64,000 bases of DNA from the human T2T-CHM13v2.0 reference genome, Homo sapiens (GCF_009914755.1 NC_060925.1); one strand, 5' to 3'; numbered from the stretch's first letter, positions 23,332-39,632 are shown. The notes: generated by a model from the letters alone, not told the origin. Numbers and translations are program-made.

Positions 23332-23518
23332 CAGGGTTTCTTAACCTTGTTTCTACTGACAATTTGGGCTAGACAATTCTGTTCTGTGCACTGTAAGATG
23401 TTTATCAGCATCCCTGGCCAGTAGCACCTCTCTAGTTGTGACAACACTAAAACATCTCCATACATGTGTAATGCCTCCGGGGTGGGATGACAAATCACCC
23501 CTGGTTGGTTAAGACTTG
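23332..23518 (+). mobile_element. MER20 (hAT-Charlie)
   Basis: CAGGGTTTCTTAACCTTG...CTGACAATTTGGGCTAGACAATTC...AGTTGTGACAAC...CAAATCACCCCTGGTTG. Confidence 0.75.
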
Positions 23519-23855
23519 ATATCTCCATACCTCAGTTTCATCTATAAAATGAAAATATTTACCTACAGATCCAAGATCTCTTCTGGCTCTAAAAATGCTA
23601 AAATTCTACTACAGGTCAAAATATAGGTTGTTGACAAATGCAGTCTTACTAATGGGGAACAAATTATGTAATGAAAGAAGGCAAGTATTTTCGTTTGGTT
23701 TTCCTTAATAAATAATAAAATATCCTTGGGTATTTAAAATGATTCAATCATAAAATCTTTTAAACATAAGAGATCTGAATTAGACATTTCACAAGTGTCA
23801 GTATAAAAAGATGAAAATACCATTCTAGAATCTGGCTTAAAAGAACATGATAACC

Positions 23856-24168
23856 AGGACAGGCATGGTGGCTCACACCTGTAATCCTGGCACTTTGAGA
23901 GGCCGAAGCGGGCAGATCACTTGAGGCCAGGAGTTTGGGACCAGCTTGGCCAACAGGCAAAATCCTGTCTCTATTAAAAATACAAAAATTAGTCAGGCAT
24001 GGTGGCGGGCACCTGTAATCCCAGCTACTTGGGAGGCTCAGGCACGAGAATCACTTGAACCCGGGAGGTGGAGGTTGCAGTGAGCCAAGATTGCACCACT
24101 GCACTTTAGCTTGGGCGACAGAGCGAGACTCTGTTTCCAAAAAACAAAAAAACAAAACAAAAAAAAAA
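23856..24168 (+). mobile_element. Alu (S/J)
   Basis: Full dimer; TSD AACATGAT. Confidence 0.92.
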
Positions 24169-24435
24169 CATGATTAACAGATGCAATGCATACTTTTTGA
24201 TTCAATCCTAGATTACAATTTTTATAAAAGTCTATAGAGGATATTGCAGTATAAGTGGAGAATTTGAATATGAACTAAATAATAGACAATATTAACGTAT
24301 TAATGTTAAATTCCTTTGGTAGGATAATGGTACTGCAGTTCTGTAGAATGTCTTTGTCCTTAGGAGATTCACATTAAAGTATTTAGGAGTCAGATGTCTT
24401 GACATTTGCAACTTATTTTTCAAATGGTTCAGAAA

Positions 24436-24437
<2 letters not shown>

Positions 24438-24483
<46 letters not shown>

Positions 24484-24493
24484 CAGAGAGAGA
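24438..24493. repeat. Compound (GT)n(GA)n microsatellite inside an old L1 3' fragment
   Basis: About 14 GT units followed directly by a GA run. Confidence 0.95.
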
Positions 24494-24632
24494 AGCTAAA
24501 GCAAATGTGACAAAATGTTTGCAAATAATGAATCAAGGTGAAGGGTATACAAGTGTTCACTGTATTGTTCTTTTGATTTCTGTAGACTATAAATTGTTCA
24601 ACATAAAAACTTGGAAAAAATATATCTAGTAT

Positions 24633-25001
24633 TGTATTAGTCCATTTTCATGCCACTGATAGAGACATACCCGAGACTGGACAATTTGCAAAAGAAGGAG
24701 GTTTAATTGGACTTACAGTTCCACGTGGCTGGGGAAGCCTTACAATCATGGCAGAAGGCAAGGAGGAGCAAGTCACGTCTTACATGGACGGCAGCAGGCA
24801 AAGAGAGAATGAGGAAGATGCAAAAGCGGAAACTCCTGATAAAACCATCAGATCTTGTGAGACTTATTCACCACCACGAGAACAATATGGGGATAACTGC
24901 CCCCATGATTCAATTATCTCCCACTGGGTCCCTCGCACAACACGTGGACGTGGGAATTATGGGAGTATAATTCAAGATGAGATGTGGGTGGGGACACAGA
25001 G
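24633..25001 (-). mobile_element. THE1B-like solo LTR
   Basis: TGTATTAGTCCATTTTCATG...CATGGCAGAAGGCAAGGAGGAGCAAGTCACGTCTTACATGG...GGGTGGGGACACAG; about a dozen terminal nucleotides appear to be missing. Confidence 0.9.
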
Positions 25002-26166
25002 GTTTCCAAACTTTATCAAGTATCAAATCAAATTATACCCAGTTTAAATTTGTAGCAGACCATTTTCTAATATTTTACTAAGTACTTTTCCACAACATTC
25101 CCTACTCTGTCAGAAGTTCCTAGGATAGTTGGAGGTCCTTATGGGAATAAGCTATATTGAAAAAGCAATCCAAGTGACTCTGATCTGATGTTGGCCATCC
25201 CTAGCAGCTCTTTAGAACCACTGGAATAGCTTATGGAACCCCTTAAAAGCAGGGGCTGTATCTCAGTTCTCAGAAGCCAGAAGAGAGCCAAAGACATTCA
25301 ATAGATTGCTTAGTGTTGAACAAATAGTTACCATACTACTGTTTCTTTCCTCCTCCTACTCCCACTCCACATACTTTTTTTTTATTTTGGGAGGAGAAAG
25401 GAGAAAAAATAAAGTGTCTCAATAGCTTTACTTCAAAATAAGCTCACTTGGATTAACAGTGTCATCATTAATCATTATTATAGAAATAAATAAATGTGAC
25501 AATCTGAAACAAAAACAACACTAAAAGTCAGTTTTCTGCTTTAATTATACTGTGACATGTTTTCTCTTTTCTCTCTTTCCTCTCCAGAAATGACATCCTC
25601 TGCAAATCTTCTCCTTACTAACGTAGAGCTCACCTAAGTGATGTAAAAAAACTACATAAAAACAGACTGGCAAACAGTCCTACTAAAGGTTTAAAAAGGG
25701 TTTGTTTCTTTTAGCATCCACTATGTTCTTTCTTGTGTGCAATATTTTTCTATGTGAGCTAAAGAAAAAACATAAAGCAAAGGAAGTGGTGCAGAATACC
25801 AAAGTTCAAATTTAATGTGTTACATCCAAAATTGTATACATTATAAAGACACCGGCAATAGCTCAAAAAATGTTCCTTCCCACCAACTGTAATACAAGGT
25901 AAACACTGTGACAGAAATCTGCCAAAAGACTACAAAAAAATTTATGCTATTTTCAAGCTATGGTGTAGGGTATTTTAGGCAAAAGTAGATTTAAGAGACT
26001 ATTTGAGAAGCATGAATGGGGGAAATGTGTTCCAAAATGGTGATGCAAATAAATATATTCCATATCAGATTCTTTGATTCAGTTTAGTATCTCCTGTGTC
26101 AAGTGTTTCCTGGAACTTTCCAGGAAATACAGAAAACCAGACCCTGCTTTCAAAAGACTCAATTTA

Positions 26167-26553
<387 letters not shown>

Positions 26554-27208
26554 TCAAACTCAAGAAGGGACGTTTAACTAGGAGGAAGGGAAGAAAGAAC
26601 GGGAGGAGGTATAATGCAAGGCATCAAGTTCTAACAGAAAACCATTAGCAAGAGTGATTAACAGTACAGGTGGTATGTTAGCATTCGGAGTCTCTTGGGA
26701 CTTGCTTGACTTAAGGAAGGAGATGTTCCTACCCTATCTCTGCCAACTGCAAGGCTGTGTTAAATCTATTTTGTAGTGAAAGGATCAAGTGCAAGGATCA
26801 AATTGATACCACACACACAGTGCTATGGAATAGCCCACTATGGCAAGAGGTGAGAGAGGAGGGCATGCCAGGCAGGAGAAAATGCACGTGCACAGGCAAG
26901 GAGTCATAAGAGGATCTAGCAAATTTTAAAACTGATCTCCTTTTTAAGTATCCTCTAAGAGCGCATCAATATTCACCATGCTTTATTTTTGTATTCATTA
27001 AAATATATAACCTAAGGCAAGTGTTATATTTTCAGTATATTTACACCATTCCAAGGTATATTTCAAAATGTTTAACTTCAAACCTGCAAGTATATAATAC
27101 ATCCCGGTTGATATTTGCCGTCATTACTGTGTTTGATACACAGAGAACGAAAAGGCTATTTTAAGAAACTAAACAATACACATCTGAAACAGAAAAGTAT
27201 TAAATTAG

Positions 27209-27553
<345 letters not shown>

Positions 27554-27789
27554 TGACTCTTAAAGCTTATTTTTAAAATATTCAATACCATGAGCAACTG
27601 TGGATAGACTCAGGCAGGGGATCACTTGTACAAGGATGCTAGTCGAGAGACCACAGCACCTTCACAAGTGATAGCAATTGCTCAATCTTCCTTTCCTCAA
27701 CTCCCACCGTCTTTATAAACTTATGAATAACCAATGTTAAAAAGTACCTAATGATAAAGCAAGATAAACTATAGAATCAACACTTTTGA

Positions 27790-28041
27790 GCGTGAGTACA
27801 GTAAGACATTTTAAGTGAGAGATCACATTCATAAACTTTTACTACCGTATATTGTAATTGTTCTATTTATTAGTTCCTGTTGTTAATCTCTTACTGTGCC
27901 CAATTTATACATTAAACTTTATCACAGGTATGTATATATAGGAAAACACAACATATATAGGGTTCAGTACTATCTGTGGTTTTCCGCATCCTCTGGGGTT
28001 CTCGGAATCCATCCCCCACAGATAGGGGAGACACTAGTGTA
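27790..28041 (+). mobile_element. MER44/Tigger7-type end fragment
   Basis: GTTAATCTCTTACTGTGCC...ATAGGGTTCAGTACTATCTGTGGTTT...ATCCCCCACAGATAGGGG. Confidence 0.7.
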
Positions 28042-31000
28042 TATCTAACAAAGGAAATGTGATGATTAAATAGAGAAAGTTTATGAGGAAGGATATATTA
28101 AAGATAACCTACAGTCAAAGACTTCCTCAGGTCAGAAGAACACTATGGTAAAGTAAACAAAAGACATCTCAAGAGGCAGAAGGCTGGGTTCCTTTTCTGA
28201 CTCTGCTGAGCCAAGAGTCAAGGTCCTCCTCCCTAAGCTGACAAGACTTACCACCACCAGATCTCCATGGTCCCAGCTGTGAAACAAATAATCAATTTTA
28301 ATCCTTAAAGTTTCAACTGCTAGTTCTGCTTACTGGAATAAGGAGAGGGAAATGCAGGAAATATTGTCAGTTCTACAGATAATTGTGCTGTTTTATGAAG
28401 TATATCTTGCTAAGTAGTCTTAATTAATATTCGTCTCCCATATTACAATCACTATGGACTGGGAGAATACAAGGTAACTGCATCATTTCTAATCTTTGAT
28501 CCTCCTTAATAGATGCTTAAAATTCCTCTACCACAGGCATGTTCTATACTTCAACCATAAAAAGCTCAAAGTATTAGAAAGCAAACAGAACTTGCTTGTT
28601 ATTCTCTAAAGGTGTCAGTGTATCTGCACATATATCATGAACCAATTGTTTTAATGGTATAAATCATATATTTTTGGCTGACATAATTCAACACAGAGAG
28701 TCTGGCTGCTCAATAGACACCTAACATTTTCTCAAAATTAAATACATTACATACATATGTGTACACATAAAATATTTTAGCTGTTAACTAGAGAATTATA
28801 GGATGATCTGCTGCTACTCTAACTCACCAAAGTATTTCAAAATGAGGTAGACATCATGAGAAGTGTATTACTAAAAGAAAAACCATTAACATTTTCCAAG
28901 TTTTAGCACAGTTCATTCCAATATAAAACTGACCACAAAAGCAAAATACTTATAATAAACTAAGCAATCCTCATGTTATTGATGCTGGACAGGTTTTTAT
29001 TTACAGAGTTACTGCTATTTCCACCTTAAGTCTTTCTAAAATTACCAACATTTCTCTAAAGTAAGTTTTTTTATTATCAACAATCATTAAGAGATTTTTA
29101 GCCTAAAATAAGACCAGTTCCTAAAGCAATTTCTCTTTTTGGGAAAAACTGATACACTTACGCTTTTAGGATAAAAAATAATGCCATTTCATTAAAATAA
29201 TTAACATCACTCTTTAAAAAGATACTAGTTGAGAGAATCATCAATCTACTAATATTAAACATCTAACAGGCAAAAAAATACACATTCTGTATATTCCATG
29301 ACACTAAAGAAATACTGCTTGAAAAAAATATCATTTGATTTCTTGGCAATGGATGCCACTATGGATCAAATTACATCACAAAAAATCCTAGAGGCACTAT
29401 ACAAATGCTTTTGATACACAGATTTAAGCTTTCATATTTAACCCACAACTCTTCAAGACCTCTCTCTAGCTTCTGAAATAGAATATTAAGATTTATTAGA
29501 CTTGTGGCATAAGAAATCAACCAGCCTTGAAATTATAACAGAAAAGAAATATGTCTGATTTGTTCACCATTGTATTCATTTCTAACATCTAGCTCAGTGC
29601 CTAGCACACAATAAATTCTCAATAAAAACTTACTGAATGGTTATTTTGTTAAACTGGGTCATGGCTGTTTTGCTGCTCTGACATTTTCAGTATAATGCCT
29701 ATTCTTACCATTTGAATTTGATCTAAACCATTATTTAATTTAAATCTAGTTTTTATTCTGAGAACTCTTTATTTTCTACTTAATAAAAACAACAGAAATA
29801 GCAGTCCCACCTTCTTAAAAATGTGCAAACAGACATGAGAGTACATTAAAGTATACGAATGACAGAAAGAAAGTTAAGTAACAGATGAGACTGTGAGTGC
29901 AACTACCAATGGCCCCACAATGAGTAATACTGCTACAGGTCACAGGAACAGAGGTCACCAGGGAAGGCCATGTCAGCCAAGTGTGTGTTTCCATTCCATC
30001 CCTTTGGCCAAAAAAGGGGCTCTAAACACAGCTGTTTTCAAAATATAGTCACCACAGAACTTTTGAGAGTCTTCAAAAGCTGGCAGATAATCTAAAGGTC
30101 AATCAAAATACACACTGGAGTCATATATAACAATGTCATAAAAACAATTAGCAAGGCAAAATGCTGTGAGATATGGGGGCAGGACAAGGGGAGCATGCAG
30201 AAAAGAACAGAAGGGGCAGGAAAGGCAACTAAATAGAAACTCCATTAAAGCTTCAACTGTGACTCAAATTCGAAAAGTCCTGCTGAATTGCATCTTCTGA
30301 GCCAGTTTTCTTAAAGCTAGAAATAACTATATAACATAATAGTCAAATGTGAATTCTAGATTTAAAAAAATAGCTCCCAATGATGTGCTAGGAAGCAGTA
30401 TACTTTTTTCTGTATTTCAATTAGATAAAAAGCAAATTAAATCTTTTTTATATTTCATTTTCCTCATTAGCAAAGTTTTTGAATAATTTTAGAGTCTGCA
30501 AAATTTTCCTAAGAATTATGCAAAACTTTAATCTTTTTAACTACTCTCATTTAAACACAGTTTGGTTTGCTTTTAGTTTTAATAAAGTTTATATACTTTT
30601 TAAAAACTCATGAAGGAAAAATTCTAAAACACGGAAAAATAGGGAGAGTATAGCCCCATCACCCCAAAATAACAATATTAATATTTTAGCACAAGCTTAT
30701 TTTCAAAATTAAGTATGCATATTTACATGTATACGTGAGAGGCCCCATAGCTCTTAATTTCTTAAAGGAGTCAATGAATGAAAAAATTAAGCATTTTAGA
30801 TCTAGTCTAAGATGATGCCCATTTTATAGAGGAGAAAATGGAGTTTCAGAAAGGAAAACTGACTTGCCAAACAACAGCAAGAAACAGAACCCTGAACAGA
30901 AAGGTACAGTCTCCCAAATCCTGGGCTGAATACTCTTTCAAATACCATGAGACGTTTTATTTCATTTCATTTAAGATTTTCTTTGCATCCAACCACTGAG

Positions 31001-31722
31001 TCATCTCTCTATCCAATTAAATATTATTGTGAGCCAGGAGTACTAAGGACACAGAGATAAAAATAGTCCTGCTCAATGCCTAATGGGAATTATCAATACA
31101 CACATGCAAACACAGAAAATTTTTTAACTGAAATGTTTTACTTGGTGTACATGCAAAATGCAGTGGGAGAGTGTAGTGGTGTAAGACAAGTGTTCCGTAC
31201 AGAGAAGTGGCAATTGAGCTAACCTTGAAGAACGACTTAGTGTTAGACAGGCAGAAGAGATATCAGGGAGTAGGAATAAGAATGGGAAAATAGCAGCTAA
31301 ACTGCAAAAGAGCTTAGAACAGGAAGGCAGGAGATAAGACCAGATAGGTAAGTCTGGAGACCTTGAAAGAAAAGGAGTTTAGGTTTTACCTATACAAGAT
31401 GAGGAACCACAAAACCATTTTACCAAGATTATTCCACAATTAAAACTTATATTTTAGAGAAATCATTTCTTGTGCCAGTGAATGGCAGAGAAAAACAGTA
31501 AAAAAAAAAAAAAAAAGGGTCGGGGGGGCATGAGCCAAAACCAGAGTAGTAACAGTGAGGATAGAGGGAAGGGGCATGAAAAATATTTAGGATAAGAATA
31601 GGCTATTCCATAAAAAAGAGAGCAAGGAGTCTAGAATAACACAGACAATTAATAATAGTGTTGCTATTCACAGAGTACCTTCATATTTTCTAGGATCTGA
31701 AATACATCTTAAATTGCTACCA

Positions 31723-32020
31723 AGGCCGGGCATGGTGACTGGCTCATACCTGTAATCTCAGCACTTGAGGAGGCTGAGGCAGGCAGATCGCCTGAGCTGA
31801 GGAGTTCGAGACCAGCCTGCGCAACATGGCGAAACCCTATATCTACAAAAAAGAATACAAAAATTGGCACACACCTGTGGTCCCAGCTACTTGAGAGGCT
31901 GCGGTGGGGAGAATCACTTGAGCCTAGGAGGCAGAGGCTACAATCAGCCAAAATCGCCTCGCTGCATTGCAGTCTGGGTGACAGAGTGAGACCCTGTCTC
32001 AAAAACCAAAACAAAATTAT
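31723..32020 (+). mobile_element. AluJ-like element
   Basis: Diverged dimer; TSD AAATTG(C/T)TACCA. Confidence 0.9.
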
Positions 32021-32293
32021 AAAATTGTTACCAAAATGCTTCACACTATAGATTACCAACTATAGTTCTCAAAAAGCAATTAATGTTCAACCAAAATTGA
32101 CAATATAGGAGAAATGGAAAGGGGAAAAAAAAAAAAAAAGGAAATGCTGAACTGTTTATGAAAAGCTGGGTTTTAACAGCACATGAAGCAGAAACTGAAA
32201 AGTCTTGGATTTGAATTTCTGACCAACAAGTCTTCCTTACAAAGATTTTAATTTCAGAAATAATTTTGGAAACCTACTGATACAGGAGTTAAG

Positions 32294-32593
32294 TACAGCT
32301 GGCTCTCTGTATCCATGGGTTCCATATCTGCAGATTCAACCAACTGCAAATCAAAATTATTTGAAGAAAAAATTAAAAATAAGAATACAACAATAAAAAA
32401 TACAAACAAGAAACAATATGATGTAACAACTGCATACACAGCATTTCCATTGTATTAGGTATTATGAGTAATCTAGGGATGACTTAAAGTATACGGGAAG
32501 ATGTGTGTAGGTTAGATGGAAACACTAGGGACTTGAGCATGGTGGGGTGGTATCCTGGAACCAGCCCCCTATGGCTATCAAGGGACAACTGTA
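32294..32593 (-). mobile_element. MER2-type Tigger MITE
   Basis: TA-CAGCTGGCTCTCTGTATCCATGGGTTCC...CAAGGGACAACTG-TA; terminal inverted repeats flanked by TA. Confidence 0.8.
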
Positions 32594-33188
32594 TCGTATT
32601 GCTTAGTAAGTAATGGTTTTATAAAATATTCTTGATATAAACTTAAGTGAAAGTATAATAAATAATGTCAAATGAATTTTGCAATACAAATAACTGGCTT
32701 GATGCTACAGGAAAGCAAATTGTGTGCTGGAACAACTACTTGTTAGTGTTTATCTTTAGAAGTGGGAAGCCCTGGTGAGTACCTAAAATATTATTTATTT
32801 TTTAAGAGAACAATCACATCTTCAACTCAGCCCTTTAAAAAATTCCAAAGACTGCTGTATCATGGCTGAAGCATTTTAATTTCTGGAAAGATTGTAAGAA
32901 TAATATTTAAACTTACTTGTGTTAGCTCTTCAGAGAAAATGAAAACATCAAATCTACGGCTATATATTCCATTGACCAGCTTAAGGTAATCACCTCTGAA
33001 ACAGTGGATTCTACTTCTCACACATAACACACACAGAGAAATAAAAAATGGAAGCTACCAATGGTGGGAGCCAGGTTTCTCACTAGCAGACAAACAAGTG
33101 ACCCTGTAAACATACTATAAAAACAAAATGGTTATAAAATACTTTGCCAAAACTCACCACAGAGATTATCGACAGAAACAATAATGTT

Positions 33189-33927
<739 letters not shown>

Positions 33928-36900
33928 TTAAAAAAGGAAGTAAAACTCCCTAGAAAAAAAAGGGAGGAAAAAAACATTTACTCTTTTGAAAATGAAGCAC
34001 AACTCTCTTAGTCGTACCTCTGCAATCTAGTATCATGACTGAAATGTCCTCACATCTGAATTTTCCAGGTGTCTGAAGCCTACTTCTTTATCCATCCAAC
34101 TTCTTCTTTTTTTTTCTTTTTAAAAGGAAAACCTTTCTAAAATACATTAAACATTCCTGACCCTTCTTAAGCAGACCACACTGGAACCTCTTCTTGACTG
34201 TGACATCATTGAAAACACAGTTATCCTCTCAGGGCCATGAAACACATAATAAAGCTGTTTCAAATCACCCTACACAAATCGGCTAGTGTGATTTGGTTGA
34301 GTCGGCTTTTAAAGCTTTCCTGTTCCCTCCTTGACCACTAAGCTGCTACTGTCACTTCTCACTATTGTCAAATGAGCTTGTCTCTAAGAGCTCATCACCT
34401 TGTGTTTAGATTGCCATAAAACCATTCTAATTTGATAGGAAACCTAATATTGAAACTTGTTTGAACTGTATTTTTTGTTAAGTTTAAACACAAATGAAAG
34501 AAATGCATGAGCTTTAGTGCACTTAGAGCGCTTAGTGAGTGGAGTGCATGAGCTTTAATGCATGTACGAAGGTGTTCTGAAATGGTTCCATCTTATGTGT
34601 TTACTTCTTATTTCTCTCTGTGGTTCCATATAAGGAAAATTTCCAGGAAAACTGAACTCCAGATTTCAGATTCTACTAAATCTTTTTTAACATTTTCTTA
34701 TTAAAAGTAAAAAACGCCCTCCTTCACACTCAGATCAAGTAAATGGTATATGATATTGTAGGCAGTAAGTATAAAAATACTTAAGTATATGGACATATTT
34801 TTCTATTAATGTTGAAACCTTTTCCTCAAATTGCTAAAACATTACAACATTTGCTTTTCTAACATTGAAATTGTTTTCAAAATTTAAGCTAACAATATTA
34901 TTATGCTGTATAAAGCTGTCACAACCTACTATGATTTCACTAAAACCACACTCACAGACACACGAAAGGTACTCTCTTCATGCCAAATTACATTCATTCT
35001 AAAAGTGAATGGGCAGGTAATTACAAGGTGAGACTCCAACCATTAGATTAACTCACAGACCTAATTCCCAAAGGAGATATATATACATATACTGGATCAG
35101 AAAGAAATTCTTATTTAAAAATTAGGCCATGCTGATTCATCTTTAATTCCCTATTTTTATTTCATCTACTTTCAACTGATTTGGGAAATTATTTCATTTT
35201 TTTACTCTAAAGCCTTTAAAGGGCCTTTTTTTATTTACCAAATCACAGTAATTCATAAACCACAGGTCATGTACCAAATCACTAATAGTTAACTAAAAGC
35301 TACTCATTTGATATTTACTCCACACTCATACTAGGGTTGTTGTATTTTAGGAAAAGAATAACATGAATTTTACCATAAACCTTAATTATACACATTGACA
35401 GTATTACAATTTTAATCCATTTATAATTACCACTTACTACCAAAGGGGAACAAGAGAAATAGGAATGAGGTAAGTTAAGGAACTACAAATTAATATGCTT
35501 CTTATTTTTATGTGACTTAGATATATTAACAGCAGGACCAACTTTGGGGCTCTAAACTTAAAAAAACAAAAAAGCAATGAAATCTTGAAAGTACTCCTGA
35601 CAAAACAATACCTCCAGAAAGAACATCCACATTAAAACAGGAACAAAACAAGGAGTTCACAATGTTTATCAGATCACAGTATTAAATGTCACTTCTGGGA
35701 ATATTAATTAACAGCACTAGACAGCTAAGAAAGGTATTTCCTCAGTTAATATGAAATCTCCTTCCAAAAACTTCCATTTTAGTATTTTCTAAAGACAAAC
35801 TTAATGAATAAGGTATTCATTATAGTATTAATGTTTGATGGTATTCCTTATGGATAAGGTACATTTCATAATTGTTAAGTTCTGTGAGATGCACAGGATA
35901 CCTGGTTCAGATTTCTACTGATCCCCTGGAGAGATTACAAAGGCCCAACTCTTCCTGTTGTGTAGAGAACAGAACCAATTGGTACGCACTTGGCAGGCCA
36001 GAGTTTACATTAGCCATGCAGTAAAGAGTGAAGAATTCTGACAGGGGGGTGGTTAAAAATCAGAATAAGTTATTTAGAGCAGCTGTGAGAGCTCACTCTC
36101 TTTAATAATAGAACAGACTCTTATGTGCCGTGGAATGATTTTGAAGTAATGCTATTCAAAATCAAAACTGGACAGCTTCTCAAAGTCCCTTCCAGACCCA
36201 GAGACCAAGAACATTTACATCCAACAATACTAGTGAGAACCAAACACATCTCTTCTGCAAAACACTATCTTTACTTAATTGGAGGATATTAACAAGGTGG
36301 CTTTCTATGCAGTTGTGTGTTTTGCTAGATATCTGGGTCTTTTTTATCTGCATTCTCCTTGCTTCTACTGAACCGGAAGTTAACAGCTTTCACTGTTCAA
36401 ATATTAATTTTTAAACCAAACCCTAATTACAGCAGGGCCTCAAACTGATTTACCTAACTAGCTACATGACCTTGGACAGTCTTTTCTTGTAAAATGAGAG
36501 GCTTGGACTAAGACCCACTAGAATGTAAACACCACGTTCTGTTCAACACTCTACTCCCTGCCCCTGGGACAGGAAGGCATTAAGAGAAAACCATTGCTAT
36601 CCCCAAACTACAAATATAAAAAAACTTAAGTCATTTCTTTCTTTTCTAATCAATTAGATTTTATTCTGTTTTTCCCATTTTTAAAGAAGACAATGACACT
36701 GAAATGTCCTGTGCAGCAAATAGAAATGTATATAATTTAAAATAAGGTACTCAGTTTTTAGAAATAAAAAGGATTAACTATATAATAGCTGACAATCTTC
36801 ACCCAGTTTTTTTACTCTTCTTCCTTCCCTTTAACCCATTACTGTGTCCCATTCCTTTTTCCTTTGAAAGAGAGCCCGAAAGAGTGCAGGACTTCAAGCA

Positions 36901-39632
36901 AAAGGGCCTGAGTACTAGCCCCACCTCTTCTATTAACTGACTCTGTGGGGACAAGCCACTTCCCCTTTGGGGCCCGAAAGGGTGCATCTGTTAAACAAGG
37001 GAGCTGCACTAATTATTAATTTCTAAAGTATGCTTCTTTTTAAAAAATCTGATTCACCTTATATTCTACCCATTATTCGATTCTTAATGGTTGGTGCTCA
37101 CCACATCATTGCACAGTAGCCTTAAAATATGTCTTTCCCTCATTATTTCTCCTTACTATCCATACTGTTACCAAACAAATTTAATCCTAAAACCATGAGT
37201 TGAGCAGAGTGAAAAGCACACTGGCTTTGAAGTCAAAGAGACCTGGGTTCAAATTCAGCCCCTGCCACCCACTACATAATCATATCCCTAAAAAGCCTAC
37301 GTTAACTCTCTCACCAAGGGTTAAATAAACTGTATAACGCACCTAAGACAGGGCCTGACACCCTGTAGATGCTGGATAATATTTATTACCTTTCCCTATT
37401 TCCCAAGATCAAGAGCCTCAGTTTCCCACTGTGTACACCAAGGATGACCAAGAAGTTCCATAGGTGGCATGCATTAAGATTATTAAACCACAGAGGCACA
37501 TTCTGCGTTAAATGTTTCCAAAAGGCTCCTGTGTGTCAGGAAAGTCTCAGCCTGCCAACCTCTGCCAATACGCTTCGTGGGTAAAGCAGCCTCAGTCACC
37601 AGCTCCTCTTGAACTCTTAAAAGTAAACGGTGCAGCTTCCCTCCCCCAGGCCAAATCCACAGGTCTAGCAGAAATGAGGACTTGATGCACTGCTTCGAAA
37701 AGATGGAGATTTTATGGATTTTAATTTACCGCAAACCAAACTCCTTAGCCTGCCATTCACGTAAGAAGCCACTCCCAATTCTTTGTACTTACATGTACTG
37801 GCAGTAAGCTAAGGTTAGCGCTAATGTTAACATGAATGCACCAAGCATTGTAATTTAAATTGATTTTCCAATCACAGGAAATTAAAAGGTATGACAAAAG
37901 AAAAAAAGAATCACATTTCTCACATAATGAGGATACACTGAGCTTTGCAGAGTTATACAAACACCTTCTGAAAAAGCAACGGCTTTCTTCTTGATTTCAA
38001 AACTGGGTCAAAAACTAGAAGGAACGAGGGAGGAGTGATAGGAACTGCCAATGAGAAGCTGATTTCTTAAAATGACTTAAGTATGGTTACTCAATTATAT
38101 GGGAATTTAAAAAAATTCCCAAACTAGGAATAGTAACAATCTTTATTTCCATATACTAGTCAACGATACGGCTAAGTTAGTGGGTTACAGAGGGCAATCT
38201 AGCAACTGTGTCTAAGTGTGGAAGCCAAAGAAATCTTGTGCAGAAACCTGTTCTTTTTAAGTGCCACCTTCTTGTTCAAGCTACTTCAGCCCGAGGAACT
38301 GTTGCAAAAGCATACAATTAAAAGGATATAACACTGCTCAGGAAAAAGTGTTTCAAAAGGCTTAGCTTCACTAAGCTTAATTCTTCATTAAGAACGAACC
38401 AAATTCGTATCTCTACCTAATAACGCAATCCCAATAATTTGAGATCTGTGCTTTTCTGTGGTCAGGCCAAGCTGCTCTATTGGCCCCTGAAATGAACTAC
38501 CCAACGAATCTGACCAAAATTCCTGCCATGAGCTACTATGTTTCTGCAAAGTAATTATTCAAAAGCACTGCTGCTTCTGGTCGATCTTTTTTCTTTATTA
38601 TAGAAGAGTCCGTTTTCTTCCCCCACGTTCCTTGCTCACACCCCAAACTAAACAGGCATAGTCTTCTCCACCTAGACTTGAGGTCTCTGATCAAAGCCAT
38701 TAGCCTCAAGACTCCTCCTCCACCCCCACTGCGCTCCCACCCTGTTCCGCGCCCCTCTGCATAGCACCCTCAGTATGACTACCATCTCTTTCCCCGGTCT
38801 AATTTTCTCTCATTTCTGACCTTATCGATGACCAGTACTCCCTCTTTACCCAGACCTGGTGCCAGCTCTATCTTCCAATTCCAGTCCCCATCCCTGCCTA
38901 GACCCTCCTCAGCTCCCACCCCTGCCCAGGCCTCCCACCTCTGCCCTCTCAGTGCAATCCCCACTGCTCTCATACCTGATTTTATTCAAGTCCTCATTCC
39001 TGGCCGCGGCCCCTTCCCTCTTCATTTTAAATCCTACTCAATGCCCCCCCTTTCCGACCCTTGGCTAAAACCCCAACCTCACTCCTAACCCCAACAGTTT
39101 TCCTGTGATCCTGTCAAAGACCACTACTCTGGCCGGCCCACACCGCTTTTTCTGACTCTGAGCCTGGTGCCTCCGCCAATCCTTCACTGAAACCTCGTGC
39201 CACAAAATCTCCGACCTAGCCTAGTGCACTAGTACCCCATTTCCGACCCCCTACTGCACGCATCCTTCCCACTATATGCTCAAGTGTCTGTCCTCCCATC
39301 TCGGATGATAGCCCTGGAGCCTCCTCCCCATCGTCGGCGTGCATAGCCGGAAGCCTAAGGGACCCCTCCTCACCCCAACCCACAGCTCCGCTGCGCATCC
39401 CTAATTCCCTTTCACACGCCTCTCCTATGGGTCCCTCTCCCCACTTACCCCCAATCAAGTGACTTCGGTTCCCAACTGGAGCCTGGGGCTTCTCTCTCTC
39501 TCTCCGCCCCGCCCCCACTAAAGCCCCAGTCGAATGCCCTCTCTCCCCACACCAAGCCCAGCGGGGTGTGTCCCCTCCCAGGAACTCCAGCCCAGTGGCT
39601 TCCCACAGAGGTCTGGGGTTGCCCCTCCTCAC

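Noticed and set aside
25560-25625. Strong plus-strand pyrimidine tract plus CAG, and a TACTAAC
   Set aside because: TACTAAC lies downstream of the AG, the site is antisense to USP24, and I found no matching donor.
32910-33005. Possible cryptic minus-strand exon in intron 1 (TTTCAG...CAA|GTAAGT)
   Set aside because: The pyrimidine tract is weak and such pairs are expected by chance in 36 kb; it cannot be supported without RNA data.
34504-34562. 18-bp direct repeat TGCATGAGCTTTA(G/A)TGCA containing TGCATG (RBFOX-like)
   Set aside because: The motifs are on the strand opposite USP24 and no exon is nearby; probably a small local duplication.
39216-39632. C-terminal 138 aa of the 246-aa ORF 39216..39956
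   Set aside because: This is read-through into intron 1 past the GT donor at 39632; it would be translated only on intron retention.
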